A stretch of 64,000 nucleotides of DNA from Octopus vulgaris (taxonomy: Eukaryota). The notes under the pieces were generated by a model. That model was not told the DNA's origin. It worked only from the letters and a program-made list of their open reading frames with translations, and did no database searches. This document shows, piece after piece, positions 25,913 through 38,999 of this stretch. Both the position numbers and the translations under genes were made by a program. Location: contig OX597822.1 of assembly GCA_951406725.2 (NCBI GenBank), positions 3,906,001-3,970,000 of the forward strand. The letters are read 5' to 3'. Numbering within the stretch: position 1 is the first letter of the stretch; each line of letters begins with the position of its first letter.

Positions 25913-26168
25913 TAATAAATATTAGGGAATGAATCCAAAATTACAGGGAAAAATCAGATTTAGGGTTAAATCCAATTTTATAGTAAAATATTATATAATA
26001 TAATTCGAGACAAAACCACTATTTTAAAACCAAACAAGAAAATACTTAATCAATACATAAAATCTTAATATAAATTAAATAAAATAATTTATTTAATTTA
26101 TATTAAAATTTTATGTATTGATTAAGTCTTTTCTTGTTTGGTTTTAAAATAGTGGTTTTGTCTCGAAT

Positions 26169-26179
<11 letters not shown>
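25913..26179. mobile_element. Fold-back element in (TA)n, same family as 2467-2710
   Basis: IR 25992-26083/26088-26179 with the same one-sided extension. Confidence 0.65.
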
Positions 26180-26253
<74 letters not shown>

Positions 26254-26286
26254 GTACATGTATATATATATATGTATATATACATA

Positions 26287-26340
<54 letters not shown>

Positions 26341-26342
<2 letters not shown>

Positions 26343-26690
26343 GTCGTCAAGTATGAAATTTTATAAATACAGGGAATAGTTTTATTCATCAAAGTATACA
26401 CCCATATTGTCAATACAATTTTGCCATTTCAGCAGTAACTTGTCCAGCCCGGAACTAGAAAAGCTTGGCAATCTAGAGTCAATAAAATCTTGGAATTCTT
26501 TTCCTATCAAAAAGTTATCTAAATTCTGGAAGAAGTGGTAGTCAGTGGGGGCAAGATCAGGTCAGTGTGATGGAGGATGGCGAACTTCCAACTCCAACTC
26601 CTGTAATTTCGCCAATGTCACTTTTACGTTGTGTGGTCTGACGTTGTCTTGCAATAAAATAGTAGTGGATCTGTTGACTAATCTAGGCTG
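26341..26690 (-). mobile_element. mariner (DD34D) transposase C-terminal remnant
   Basis: ILLQDNVRPH..HPPSH*PDLAPTDYHFFQNLDNFL..KWQNCIDNMGVYFDE*. Confidence 0.85.
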
Positions 26691-26848
26691 GTTACGGTCA
26701 AGCAACTGACAAGCAAATCTGTGGTACTGAGCAGAATATTTGCTGTAGCCCATCTTTTATACAAACACAAAACATCTACATGATAACACTTCAAATTAGC
26801 TAAGTTCAAAAGCCATGAGAGCCAGCGCCTGGTACTGCATCAGGGAAG
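26688..26848. mobile_element. Repeat terminus abutting (TTA)n (same as 39280-39566)
   Basis: GAGCAGAATATTTGCTGTAGCC..GATAACACTT..AGCCATGAGAGCCA..GGTACTGCATCAGGG shared by both loci. Confidence 0.8.
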
Positions 26849-26868
26849 TTATTATTATTATTATTATT

Positions 26869-28236
26869 CTGTTTGACTTTTGCTTTATGTCTGTACAAGT
26901 TGGCTCCAAGTCTCACCCAGAGACCTCAGGAGACAACAGGTTGGAAGTTCATGTTGCTGTTATGCCTAGTGTGCCATATATTTGGGGGTTCTTTTGGTGA
27001 ATGTCTAAAAAAAAAATTTTTGAATGTTTTAAAATATAAAAAAAGCGAAAATTATGTTTGTTTTAAAACTTGAGATTACAGAGAAAGTATGATATGAGCA
27101 CTATCTTTTGAATTTCTGCCATTTTGGGGTTTCCTGGTATCTGAGTTAGGTAGCAATCAGCCCCTTTTGCTATCATTCCCAGGGCACCTATGACAACAGG
27201 TATTGTCTTAGTCTTCAGGTTCCACATTTTGCTGATTTCTATTTCAAGATCTTTATATTTGCTCAGTTTTTGGTAGGTCTTGACAGATACGTTTATATCG
27301 ATTGGGACAGTCATATCAATGAGGAGGCATGTTCTTTGTCTGAAGTCTTTCAATATGATGTCTGGCCTATTTGCATCTATCTTTCTGTCAGTTTGAATGG
27401 TGAAGTTCCAGAGGAGTGAGATGTGATCATTTTCAAGCACTGGAGGTGATTTGTGTTCCCACCAGTTTTTTTCATGGGGCAAATCCAGGTTTTTGCAAAT
27501 TACCCAGTGAATATATTGTGCAGCTCTATGATGCCTGTTGAGATACTCTGTTGGCGCTAGAAGGCTGCACTTGGAGACAACATGATCAATGGTTTCATTT
27601 TGTTGTTGACATACACGACATATTGGGCTACTGCCGTTCTTTAATATGTTGGCCTGGTAGTTTCTTGTTGGTAGGCATTGATCTTGAGCTGCTATGATAA
27701 ATCCTTGTTTCAGATTTTAAGCCAGAAGCCATTAGCCATTGATGGATCAGGGCTTTGTCAACATCTGCATTATTCGCTCTCTTTGGGTATTTGCCATAGA
27801 GAGGTTTTTCTTGCCATTTATCATTCAGAATATCTAAGGCCGCAGTTTTGGCACGGGTTTTCATGCGCTTAGCTTTTTCTGTGCTTGTTTTTTGTATGTC
27901 AATCTCTAATTCCGAAATTTGTTGTATTCGGAATTCACTTAGATATTCCTTTGCCTGTTTTGTTACTGAGTATGATGCTTTCTTGTTTTCATGTTTTGAA
28001 ACAAGTTTTAACATCCAGTCCTCAGAGTTTTTCAGGTAGGTGTCTAGGCCAATTGTAGCAATCTTCATTGTTATTGCCTGTTGTAAAAGTCCACGGCCTC
28101 CCTCTTTTCTTGGCAGATAAAGTCGTTCTGTATCTACCTTAGGGTGGTGCATTCTATGCATTGTCAACAGTTTTCGTATTTTTCTGTCAATTACGTATTT
28201 TTCTGTCAATTACGTATTTTTCTGTCAATTTCGTAT
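26869..28236 (-). mobile_element. R4/Dong-clade RLE LINE, 5'-truncated, in (TTA)n (family 2)
   Basis: RMHHPKVDTERLYLPRKEGGRGL, WQEKPLYG, RPDIILKD..LIDMTVP..KLSKYKDL (PD..D restriction-like endonuclease); (TTA)n on both sides. Confidence 0.9.
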
Positions 28237-28238
28237 AA

Positions 28239-28272
<34 letters not shown>

Positions 28273-28301
28273 ATTATTATTATAAATATTATTATTATTA
28301 A

Positions 28302-28370
<69 letters not shown>

Positions 28371-29533
28371 CATTATTATTTATTTATTTATTTATTTATG
28401 TATTTATTTATTTATTTATTTTAATCCTTCCATCTTGTTCACGCAATCTTGCATGCTCTTTGTGTTATCTCTCAAACCATCGAAACAAGAATTCGTAAAT
28501 GAGTAAACCAGCAGGTGGGTCATGGGTTGTAGTGTCCCGTGCGCATACAAATAGGATTTTGTCTTATGGACCCAATTTGCGTTAGTGTTTCGAGCTAAAC
28601 CAAGCCGAATAAGACATTCCAACCCGGTATGTGTGGACTTTTAGAAGTCTGAAATATTAACCGCTGTTTCTATGTTCATACTGGCATTGGTGGAATATTT
28701 CTTAATCTTCACTGTCGTTGTTGTATGTAGGTAAAATATTGATAAAAAATAATCTAGAACAATAGATATCATGAAGCTCTTAACTTTCATCTTTCCGTAT
28801 TTGCAGTCATATTTTGCAAAGCAGAGATTACATTTCGTTAAAGAAACTACTCTTATTTTTCATCTTTGCCGACATTCCTCTTTATAGGAAATCAAACAAA
28901 ACCAGCCAGCCGTTAAATATTAATTTCAATCCGTTTATGATAATGGGCTGTAAATGAGTCTGTCTAATTGAGAACGTTCACAGTAGAATCCGTGTTAGGG
29001 TCCACCTCATTAGACACACATGTTCTGCATTTAAGTAGCAAAAGCAAATATACTGAGCGTTTCGCGACCTATATACCTACCTGAACGTTGTTAGCTTTTG
29101 TAATATTATTCTATATATTCATTTGGACCATAAATTGCAAGCTTTGAAAAATTATAGTTATTTATTCATTTTTACTATTAGAATGCAGTCTTGAAACATG
29201 CCAAAATATGTAAGATTTTTGGCAATATTCCGTTTCTCTTCCAGACCATACGGTATTCAAATTTTTATATGTTCTGGTTTCTTACATGGAATGCAGATAC
29301 TCGTATTTTCAAAGGATTAGCAACTACATAAAATGTCTTTATAACAGTAACTTAAGCTGTTTAAAGTCGGAACTCAGAGTTGTTTGTAGCTAAGAATTAT
29401 CTTTTGGCACATTGTACATAAATCATCGGTATCGATAAAAACTGTGGCATTATCATTTGTATACATATTGAAAAACAATGCCGTTTAATATTAATTATTA
29501 ATCATAAAGATAATGTAAAATAATGTAATATCG

Positions 29534-29959
29534 TAGCAAGAAGCTTGCTTCCCAATCACATGGTTACGGATTCAGTTCCATTGCGTGGCACCTTGGGCAA
29601 GTGTCTTCTACTATAGTCTCGGGCCGACCACAGCCTTGTCAGTGGATTTGGTAGACGGAAGCTGAAAGAATCCGCCATATATATGTGGGGGGTGGGGGAG
29701 TCTGTGTGTGTGTGTGGGGGGGTCTCTGTGTGTGTATATATTTAAGTTGGTGTGTTTTTGTGTCTGTATTCCCTCCCCCACTATCGCTCGACTACAGATG
29801 TCGGTCTATTTACGTCCCCCGTAACCTAGCCGTTCGGCAAAAAGGACCGATAGAATAAGTCCCGGGGTCGATTTCTTCAACTAAACAAAAGACATTAAGG
29901 CGGTGCTCCAGCATAGCCGCAGTCAAATGACTGCTGAATTAAGTAAAAGAATAAAAGAA
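29534..29959 (+). mobile_element. SINE family A
   Basis: GCTTGCTTCCCAATCAC..CCTTGGGCAAGTGTC..GGCGGTGCTCCAGCAT..AAAAGAATAAAAG. Confidence 0.85.
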
Positions 29960-30675
29960 TATATAATGTTATACTTAATATTATATCAAGTTATATCATT
30001 CATTATATATTAGATTGCCGGACTAAACACATTGCTTTATTTAGTAACGTATTTCTGCTTTCTGTTTTCCACTGAATTTCTGCTGTTGTCCTCATTCAGC
30101 CTCAGCGTTGATATATTATATACCAGTCATACAGTAGGGTAAGTTTTATCGCTTATTCCTTTTGTCTTACGCATTTATCTAATTATATGATATTATCTGA
30201 CGTTGGAAGAATTTTTTATTAAGAAGGTACCAGAAAGAAATGTTCTAGAATTAATCTAAGTCCAAGTTTTTTTTAATTCGCGTACCGGGTATGAGTCTCC
30301 AACCAATATCGCAAGTAGACCAAAGCTTTATGCGTAAACTTTTATTGTGCAGAAAACCGTTGATGCTACTCTTTATGTTGATATCTCGAAGACCTAATCC
30401 AGTTCAATATTATCATCGGTCCTTGGTTGACTTTAACGTTTACTATGCTGTAAGTATTTCAAACAGATCGCTGCTCTAATGCTAACTTCTCTTCGAGCAA
30501 TAAGTTTCGAAAGCCCGACTAAAATATCATAAGCTAAGCAACAACAATAACAGCAGCATCAGCAACAACAACAATAACAACAGCAATTCCACCGACAACT
30601 GCAACTTCCAACAAGAACTTGAACTGAGACAGGACAGTTGAGAAAATGTAACATGTCAACAACACCTGCACATAC

Positions 30676-30747
30676 CTTCTTTACAATCAACCTCTCCCTG
30701 TCGGACAGTCCAGTGTAATCTTCAACTAAGTTGGAGGCATGGTATAT
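30676..30747 (-). CDS. Candidate 72-nt exon, globin A-helix-like peptide IYHASNLVEDYTGLSDRERLIVKK
   Basis: TGCAG acceptor, AAG|GTATGT donor, phase 0-0; TGLS.RER.IVK resembles the TGLT.RE..LV..SW start of invertebrate globins. Confidence 0.3.
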
Positions 30748-30846
30748 CTGCATCAATAGGGTGAATGGATTTAACTCCGTTGTTCACGTGAATATATATA
30801 TGTTGTAGCCACGATCAGACAAACAAACTTGCATGAATTACCTTAA

Positions 30847-31060
30847 GGCGGCGAGCTGGCACAATCGTTAGGATGCCGAGCAAAATTCTTAGCGGCATTT
30901 CGTTCGTCTTTACATTGGGAGTTCAAATTCCGCAGAGATCAACTTTGCCTTTTTATTCTTTCGGTGTCCATAAAATAAGTACCAGTTGAGCAATGAGGGC
31001 GATGTGATCGATTTACCGTCTTCTTCTAAACCTGCTAGCTTTGTGCCAAAATTTGAAACC
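30847..31060 (+). mobile_element. SINE family B, full length
   Basis: GGCGGCGAGCTGGCA..GAGTTCAAATTCCGC..AAATTTGAAACC. Confidence 0.85.
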
Positions 31061-31524
31061 ATTATTATCAAATATCTTAAACTAGCGATTGTCGATGGCA
31101 CCTTGCTTGTGGAGAGGTAGCGAATTGGCCGAGTCGTTACACCATCAGATACAGGGTCTTGCGCTCTGAATTCAAATCATACCGCGATCAAATCTGCCTT
31201 TCATTATTTCGGGAGGTGATTAACAAAAAAAGGCTGTTCCAGGGAGTTTGATTGATGGAATTGCACAAACATCAGACAGATATCTTACCGTTCTTTAAGT
31301 TCTGAGTTCAAATCCTGCCATGAACTACTTAGATCGTAGACTTAATCCGTTGCGTAACGCGACACCGCCACCTGACGTCCCGGGTGCTTTAGTGGAATCC
31401 ATTTTGATGCAAGGATTCGGGGAACATCTCCAGTTTGAGGATACTTTCCTCTTATCACCAGTCCGAAAGGTTCTGTAAAAGATGATAGGCACTACCTTCT
31501 CTCGTAACTAAAAGACAAAACATA

Positions 31525-31915
31525 TCTTTATATATAAAAGTGAAGTTGTGTGTCTGTCTCCTACAATTTAGATTCCTAACTACTCCCACATTTTGCGATG
31601 CGGTGTAACCAAAACCGGGTATCTTATAGTCGTGATTCATATCAAGCCCTTCTGGGTATTAGCGCGCGTCTACAATGAGTCTACGATTTTAAAAAGAATT
31701 TACCATCAATTTTTCCCATTTTTAATGAATTTTTGGCATATATAAGGGAAGTAACTCTCTAAAGATTTATTAAATCTCAGAACGTAAAAAGCTACAGTAA
31801 CACCCCCCCCCTTGTGGTTAGCCATATTTAGATGGCTATTATAATTTACATCTCTAAAAATGCTTATATAGTTATTTCCCTTACAAACCCGAGCAACGCC
31901 GGGCGATACTGCTAG
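31525..31915 (+). mobile_element. Non-autonomous Helitron, complete
   Basis: A|TC 5' end (TCTTTATATATAAAAG); subterminal hairpin CCCGAGCAACGCCGGG; CTAG|T 3' end. Confidence 0.9.
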
Positions 31916-32920
31916 TCAGTTATATAATTTTACTAAATTTTCTTTAATATTCTATCGAACTTTTATCTAAACCAGTCGGTTTTTCCGCACTGAGAAACCA
32001 CTATGATATTTCAACATTCTAGCTAAATTAATTTCTACCAAATTTATTTCTGACAATATAATTTCAGAGTATTTTAAAAAGCTAAAAGGCAGATATAGGT
32101 AGAGTTTTAATATGTTTAATGGTATATCTCACCATAATTAATTGAATCTAAAAATTAGTTTGAGAAAAAAGTTTTCTAAACTATTTCATTTTTATGTTAA
32201 CAAACTGCTGCAATAAATGTATGTTAATCTGAAAACCAAATTAGCATTACATATATGTTCGCTAAAATTCAAAAGCTTCTTTCATATATTGAAGTATTTA
32301 AGAACACATATACATACACCAATATACAATTTATAAGGACAGCTACATACGAGTAGAAATAGATTTTAACGCACACTTTTACACATACCCCAATACATAT
32401 ACACATGCATACACATTCATATATATATATATATACACACACAAACACTGACATAAGCAAATATAATTTATTAGCTTAATTTGAATTAATTAATATTTTC
32501 TTTAAATAATATTTTGCTAAATTAGTTAAGACCAAATTATACACAAAAGGCTAAATGCGCTGTATTACGGAAGATTAACTAGAATTAATTATAGCCAATA
32601 TCTAATTGGGTGTAAGAGAATATATTCCATCTATCTAAATCTTATTACATTCCTCCATTCAATATAAGCTTTAACCCCGATTCACAACGCAACTGTATTA
32701 AATGCTGCACTAGAGAAAAGCCTAAAATGTTTTATATGCAAAAGCAATCAGGCAGGCGAAAATTACATGAAGTCAAGGCGTGGGAATAATTTAATGATTG
32801 TTAAAAGTTATGTGTTTTATTATACTATTTTTCGCACGTACTAAAATTATTCACCACCAGAATATTTATCAAGACGGAACAAGAGCTGTTTATGTATATA
32901 TATATATATATATATATATT

Positions 32921-33266
32921 TACTCTTTTACTCTTTTACTCTTTTACTTGTTTCAGTCATTTGACTGCGGCCATGCTGGAGCACCGCCTTTAGTCGAGCA
33001 AATCGACCCCGGGACTTATTCTATCGGCCTCTTTTGCCGCACCGCTAAGTAACGGGGACGTAAGCACACCAGCATCGGTTGTCAAGCAATGCTGGGGGGA
33101 CAAACACAGACACACAAACACACATACATATATATATACATATATACGACAGGCTTCTTTCAGTTTCCATAGCAGAAGACACTTGCCCAAGATGCCACGC
33201 AGTGAGACTGAACCTGGAACCATGTGGTTGGTTAGCAAGCTACTTACCACACAGCCACTCCTGCGC

Positions 33267-33268
<2 letters not shown>
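32921..33268 (-). mobile_element. SINE family A with internal deletions
   Basis: Reverse of the 4105-4526 family from tail to GGCGCAGGAGTGGCTGTGTGG head. Confidence 0.85.
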
Positions 33269-33343
<75 letters not shown>

Positions 33344-34479
33344 AAATGGGACAAGAACGCAAAACATTCAAATAGACGATACAAAAAACACGGACGGGTC
33401 ATTCGAAGTCTCTAATCTTCAGTCAAGAACCGGATCATCCTCCCAATTTCGGCTGATTAATCTTGAGATTGCTCCAATCTGGCCAGCCCCAAGGAAAAAC
33501 TAAGCTACGGGCATTAGATTTCTTGGGAAAAGGATCGAATGTATACGAAACAAGGACAGAAAAACGGACGATGTTACACGAATATAAATACAAAAAAAAA
33601 AAACAATAATAATAATAATATATACATATATATATATAAGTACATGCACTGCAATATCAGATTCAACAACCAAACATAAATGTCACGTAGTAATGGAGTA
33701 TGACTTGGCAGCATGTAATCGTGCATTTGCTAATTGTTAAATGGAGCCCAGAGAATCACAAGCAGACATGGACAGGCTCTTTTCTGTTTTCCCTCCCTTG
33801 ATCAAGCAGAAGATCGTGGATGGGACAGCAGTAGGCTGGTGTTCATGTCAATGTTGTGCTGGAACACGGAAAACAAAGTGCCTTGCTCAAAGATCCATTG
33901 TATCGGCAAGTTTGGGACACGAACACACAACTTTCTTCTCATGAAAATAAATATAAAAAAAACACACGATAACCACTAGGCCAAGTCCGTTCATGCAACA
34001 TCATATACAATGTTATAATTGTCAGAACCTATGGAGCGTCGAGCAAAATGTCGCTTGGTACCTAGGTCCAGTTCTTTATGCCTTTAAACCTGCTTTGCTG
34101 TTTTTTGGTAAAATGCAGTGCGGTCACCTATATGTGCGGACTGAATCTACAAGACCATCTTCTTTTAATTTCTGTCCTTTTGTCGAATATAAATCCTTTT
34201 TATTCTTTATCGATGATGACAATAGAATATGATCTGCACGCAATTTTAATTAGAAGAGAAGCAAGAAAACCGTGAATTGTAATTTAAAGTTAAGACTTTA
34301 AGGATAAGAGACCCACAAAGTCTGCGAAGAGGAGTCACCCATCAACACTTGGAATCAAAGTTATTTTCAAAGACTGTATGTGTGACATTTTTTAATCATT
34401 TTAATTAGGAACGAAGATAGTGTCCAAGACCCTTTACCAAGCCTTTGAAACTTTTTGTGAATGCGGAAGATAGGCATCT

Positions 34480-34760
34480 TCAGACTGGTGGATTTGCTTG
34501 AATGCTTTCAATAAAATGGACTCTGCTAGAGGGAGCGGACGTCGAATCCAGATTACCATCCAAGGAGGCCATACAGCAACTATAACTCAGAACGCAAAGA
34601 GCCAACACAGATGCGCAAGACAACAGGGCCGACCTTCTTACACTTGTGCTAATCCATCGACTTGGTTTGGTACTGAAGGGACAAAATGCAAAGTTGAAGT
34701 ACAGGGCGTCGGAGCGAATGCTGCGATGCATTCGTTCTGCCGCTTTAGTGACTCCACCAG
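34480..34760 (+). pseudogene. Highly degenerate non-LTR RT fragment
   Basis: VDL/LNAFNKMD and ARQQGRPSY resemble the D..KAFD and GVRQG.PLS RT motifs. Confidence 0.35.
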
Positions 34761-34994
34761 TGTTCAGCCTAAGGAGAAATTAAAAATAGGAATTATGCTA
34801 AGTCAAATTAAGACACCACAGCTTATTATCGAGTTATCTGTAGTAAATCGTTCATACTCCTATGCTAATGCGTTTTGGAGCAATTAACTTCAGCCAATTT
34901 TGTGCCAAAACATTGTCTCCCAATATATTTTTTAACTTCTACTGAATCTAGTTATAGATTCATGAATGTCTTAGCAGCCAATGAACATTACTAC

Positions 34995-35055
<61 letters not shown>

Positions 35056-35085
35056 CCATTTTCTCTCTTTTTATCTCTCTCTCCC

Positions 35086-35116
<31 letters not shown>

Positions 35117-35689
35117 CTATCTCTATCTCTCTCTCTTTCTCTCACTCACCTGTGCCCTTCTCAGTACAGTCGAGGAACAAACTCAAGTTCAATGAACGAA
35201 CGCTACACTATATATGGCTATCTAAAACGCAACAGACATCGACGTATTTAACTTTTGGCTGTTTGGTCACCATTTATCTAATTTTGTCCACGTTTTCCCA
35301 ACGTTGGCGGGAAGATACATCATACCACTCGGATGATCATCGCTACCTGAGATAAAAGTGTCTTCAACAGAGTTTTAGCTAACGCAAGTATTCATGCCAG
35401 GCCCCTAACAGAGACTTTTATAACAGCTCAACACATTGACACCCTTTACACTCTCTCAGGATGCCGCAAACTAAAATTTAATCCTCTGACAAATTTTAAC
35501 TCCTCTTCAGAGTTTCTGATCCAACCTTTACCTTACACATCGCCTCTTACTCATATGCAAACCCCACAGTCTATTTACTTTCAATCCACAGTATATTAGT
35601 CTATCTCTGATGGTCAGATAACCCTTTCATTCGAACTAAATACTGAAGAGTAGGACTTGTGCATACGTAGATTACGCACTTCCTCCTAC

Positions 35690-37302
35690 TCACCTCACTC
35701 ACTTGGATATCAGCAACGAAGATGGAAGTGAATAATAGAAGAAAAAAAGAGTTACGCGGATGCTACTGAAAGTCGAGATACCATAGACCAACGTGTGCTG
35801 AAGCCGAAGAGGATGGAGTGGAATGAGGAGAAAATAGCAAAATATAATGGATAAAAAAAGGGTCAAACATAAAAATGACCCTGCCAGCGGAGGAAAAACA
35901 AAATTGGAAAGCAGGCTGGTGATATTCAGTACATTTTCGAATGAAAATAGGAGAATAGAGCAGGCGCCGCAGGAAGAGATTGAGGAAATACTGACGGAAC
36001 GAATGAGTGAAAGGATAACCTTCTTTACAAGAGTAAGGGGATACGCGACTATAATAGTCACCTTTGCATCGGAAGAGGAGACTGATACTGGGAGAGAAAT
36101 GGACGTTAATGCCAAACCGTCTAGGCAAAAGAATCGTCAGGGTCAGGGTGGGAAGAATCCCACAATCGATAGACCCAGAATGGGTAATAGTGGCAATTTT
36201 TAATTCAGAGCTAGTGAAGGGACGTGCAAACCTGGAGATTTGCATAATAGGCAGAACTCAACAATTGAATTACTGGGGATATAGTGTTGAAGTAATTTGC
36301 GCCGTAAGCCCAGAATATTATGATGAAATGGCAGAAACTGTGGAATTACCAAATGGTGAAAACTGGAAGTAACCTTGGAGGGGAGACCCCCAAAATCTTA
36401 CGGATGCAGTGAAAGAGGGAACCTGAGAAAGAAATGCCCTAGAGCACCAGTAGGAGTGGTGGAAGAGATTGTACAGGAAGAGTTAGTGGTGGAAAAAAGT
36501 AGAAGTAGAGAACAGAATATGATGGCAATTAGGTGGAGGTAAAACCCAGTAAAAGAGAGGGAAGAATGTCACCGACGACAGTGGGAATGAAGAAGTGCAA
36601 AGGAATGGAAGAAAAAACTCAACCTACGACGAGAAACGGAGAAAATTTACCAGTGAAAGTAACAGCAATGGAATTAAAAGTACAGAGTAATTCAGACCAG
36701 AAACGAGACAACCCAGAATTACGGACACCTAAAGACATAGATACACAGATGGAACACGTAGAGTTGCAGTCAAACGAACACACAGACACACACGTACATG
36801 AACACACAGACTTAGAGACAGAAATACAAGAACCCATAAAACAGCAAGAAAATAGGAGCAAAAAGAGACATGAAAAGCACAAACGAAAAGAAAAGCTATA
36901 GTGAGATAAGACACAACAACTTAGGAAAGAAAGAAAAATAATGTAAAATTTGAAACTTAAATGAACAGGTTTCCTAAAGGTTTTTGAACACTATCATAAA
37001 CATTCGGTTTTCTTTTAGTTTAAAAAAAAAGGAAAAGAAATAAGTAAGGACTGTATGGACATTGGTTTAAAAGGGTTATTATGGTAGGGCAACAGTGAAG
37101 AGGGAAGTTGCGGTTTCGCCTCGGACCGAGGCTAAAGGTTGTATTAAAGGAATACACGGTTTCATCTCGCAACGGGAGTGAGATGGCCGACTCATTTGCA
37201 TTGTAAATATATTCATTTCACATCCATCCTTCATATGTTTTATGTTTCCACATGTCTTTGTATGTTCCCTCTGTAATTAGGCCTTGTGCCTGTAATAAAG
37301 AA
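35690..37302 (+). mobile_element. ORF1-only (HAL1-like) Tx1/L1-group retroelement, degenerate
   Basis: ATG at 35722; N-terminal KSYADA motif; RRM-like ATIIVTFASEE and VRVRVGRIP; decayed zinc knuckle EGRPPK(S)YGCSERG(N)LRKKCP at 36369-36440; K/E-rich tail; then a UTR ending GCCTTGTGCCTGTAATAAAGAA; no EN/RT. Confidence 0.7.
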
Positions 37303-37326
37303 TTAATTTCTAACAGCCGGGTGTTC

Positions 37327-37372
37327 ACTACTGACGATGAGCATAAATAGCTTAAAACCGTTCTGTCTGATG
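37327..37372 (+). ncRNA. Decayed type I hammerhead motif
   Basis: CUGACGA-U-GAGC AUAAAUA GCUU-AAAAC-CGUUCU-GUC; GAAA changed to AAAA; weak stem I. Confidence 0.4.
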
Positions 37373-38999
37373 ACCCCATCGTCTGCTAGAAGATGCTACG
37401 GGTTCGCTCTCCAGTTCGCAATATATACCGGTTGCACACTGCATCGATAACCACCTGGAGGATGCTCTTCCTTGGGTTTAAAACGGTCGTAACATCGATT
37501 GCTATGGAATAGGCATATTGATATAACGATAAACATTACTTGTCAATAGAATAATATGATATTTAGCAAGAAAAACGAAATTGTAACAAGTCAGTCAACT
37601 TCCTACTTTACAGTAAATATTTAAAGTGATTTTCATACGAATCAGAGTAACAAGCAAGAAGAAAAGTTAGCTTTAACTGATGATGGACAGCTCCTTCAAA
37701 ATTCATTATCAATAATTCACCAATATTTGGATGTTGAACACACCAATACGTCTACGTGAAATGATCAGTTATAGAATGTTCACTACAACAGCAGAGTGGG
37801 AGCCGTAACATGTCTGAAGAAGTAATAGATACTATCTAATGATTTGTGATATATTAAAGCCAGCTTGAGAAAAATCTAACAGTTGCTGCAGCAATTCACA
37901 TGCTACACGTGCAACGATGCCAGAAAGTAACATGCATGCGAAGAAGAGCAACAACGACAAAAAAAACACGTGAAATGCAAAAGCCTATTGAAGATTCAAA
38001 GACCGAAAATATTTTATTTGAAAATTGTTCATTGTTGGCATGGAACCTCAATAATAAAACAGAAAGTTTGAATTTTATATATGTGTGTATGTGTGCGTGC
38101 TGATACACAAACGTGTCTGTGTATTATGTATTTCTGTATATGTATTTGCATAGGCTATGTGCTGAGATCATCTTGTATACAGAGATGAAATATTGCATGA
38201 GGAATGTTAGACAATATGCCAAATGCATATGTGTATTCAGTATAAATTAAGACAGCTGACAATGTTGGTAAGAAGAAATTAATACTTAATATACGTTGAC
38301 AATTTATGTTAGAAATACACAGATGAGAAGTATTCAGTAAATATAATATATTTTATAATATATTTCTTTCACAGATGTCAGCTGAAGCCTCTTACTATAT
38401 AACTTACGATCAAACTTCCTGAGAAGTTATCACATAAACAACAATAATGGGAAAATGGACAAAACATTTTGCCAAAATTCCATATTTTAGTGTTGTTCTG
38501 CCAAAAATATCTGCAAAGTCTAAGTTGCAGTTTCTACATAGTCGCTTGAACTGTCTAGTATTTAGTGTGATATGACAGCGGAGAACTGTCTACGTGGTAA
38601 ATATGCCTGCTAAATATAGCAGTGGAACCTCCTTAAATCATACCATACTATGTTAAAAAAATGAAACAAAATATCGGATATTTTAGTCTGTGGTAGGCAA
38701 TGACTGAAATGAAAAGACGGGTGATTGATAGCTTAAATGCCTTTCATCACATGACTGGTGGATGAGAGTGGACCTGGAGTTAGAAAACAGCTATCTATAC
38801 AATATAACAGTGGGGAAAAGACTGCAAGAAGTAACACATGCAATATTTGAAATCAAATAAATACGCATTGTCAACTGTTATGTTTCGTGCTGCATCGATC
38901 CTACATTCACTGCTCTTTCTTTTTTCTGGTGATAACTAGGAAAGGAAGAATCGTTAGACCCTCGAACAAAATCATTTATAATATTTAAATACAGTGCGC

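Noticed and set aside
33341-33600. Hammerhead in the TA-inserted element (minus strand GGCUG..CAGCC-GAAA; CUGAAGA)
   Set aside because: No CUGANGA directly before the stem and no valid cleavage triplet or stem I; at best a degenerate fold
38241-38267. 27-nt micro-exon YKLRQLTML upstream of the 38375 acceptor
   Set aside because: Weak acceptor, and open only in phase 0, which is incompatible with the phase-1 chain
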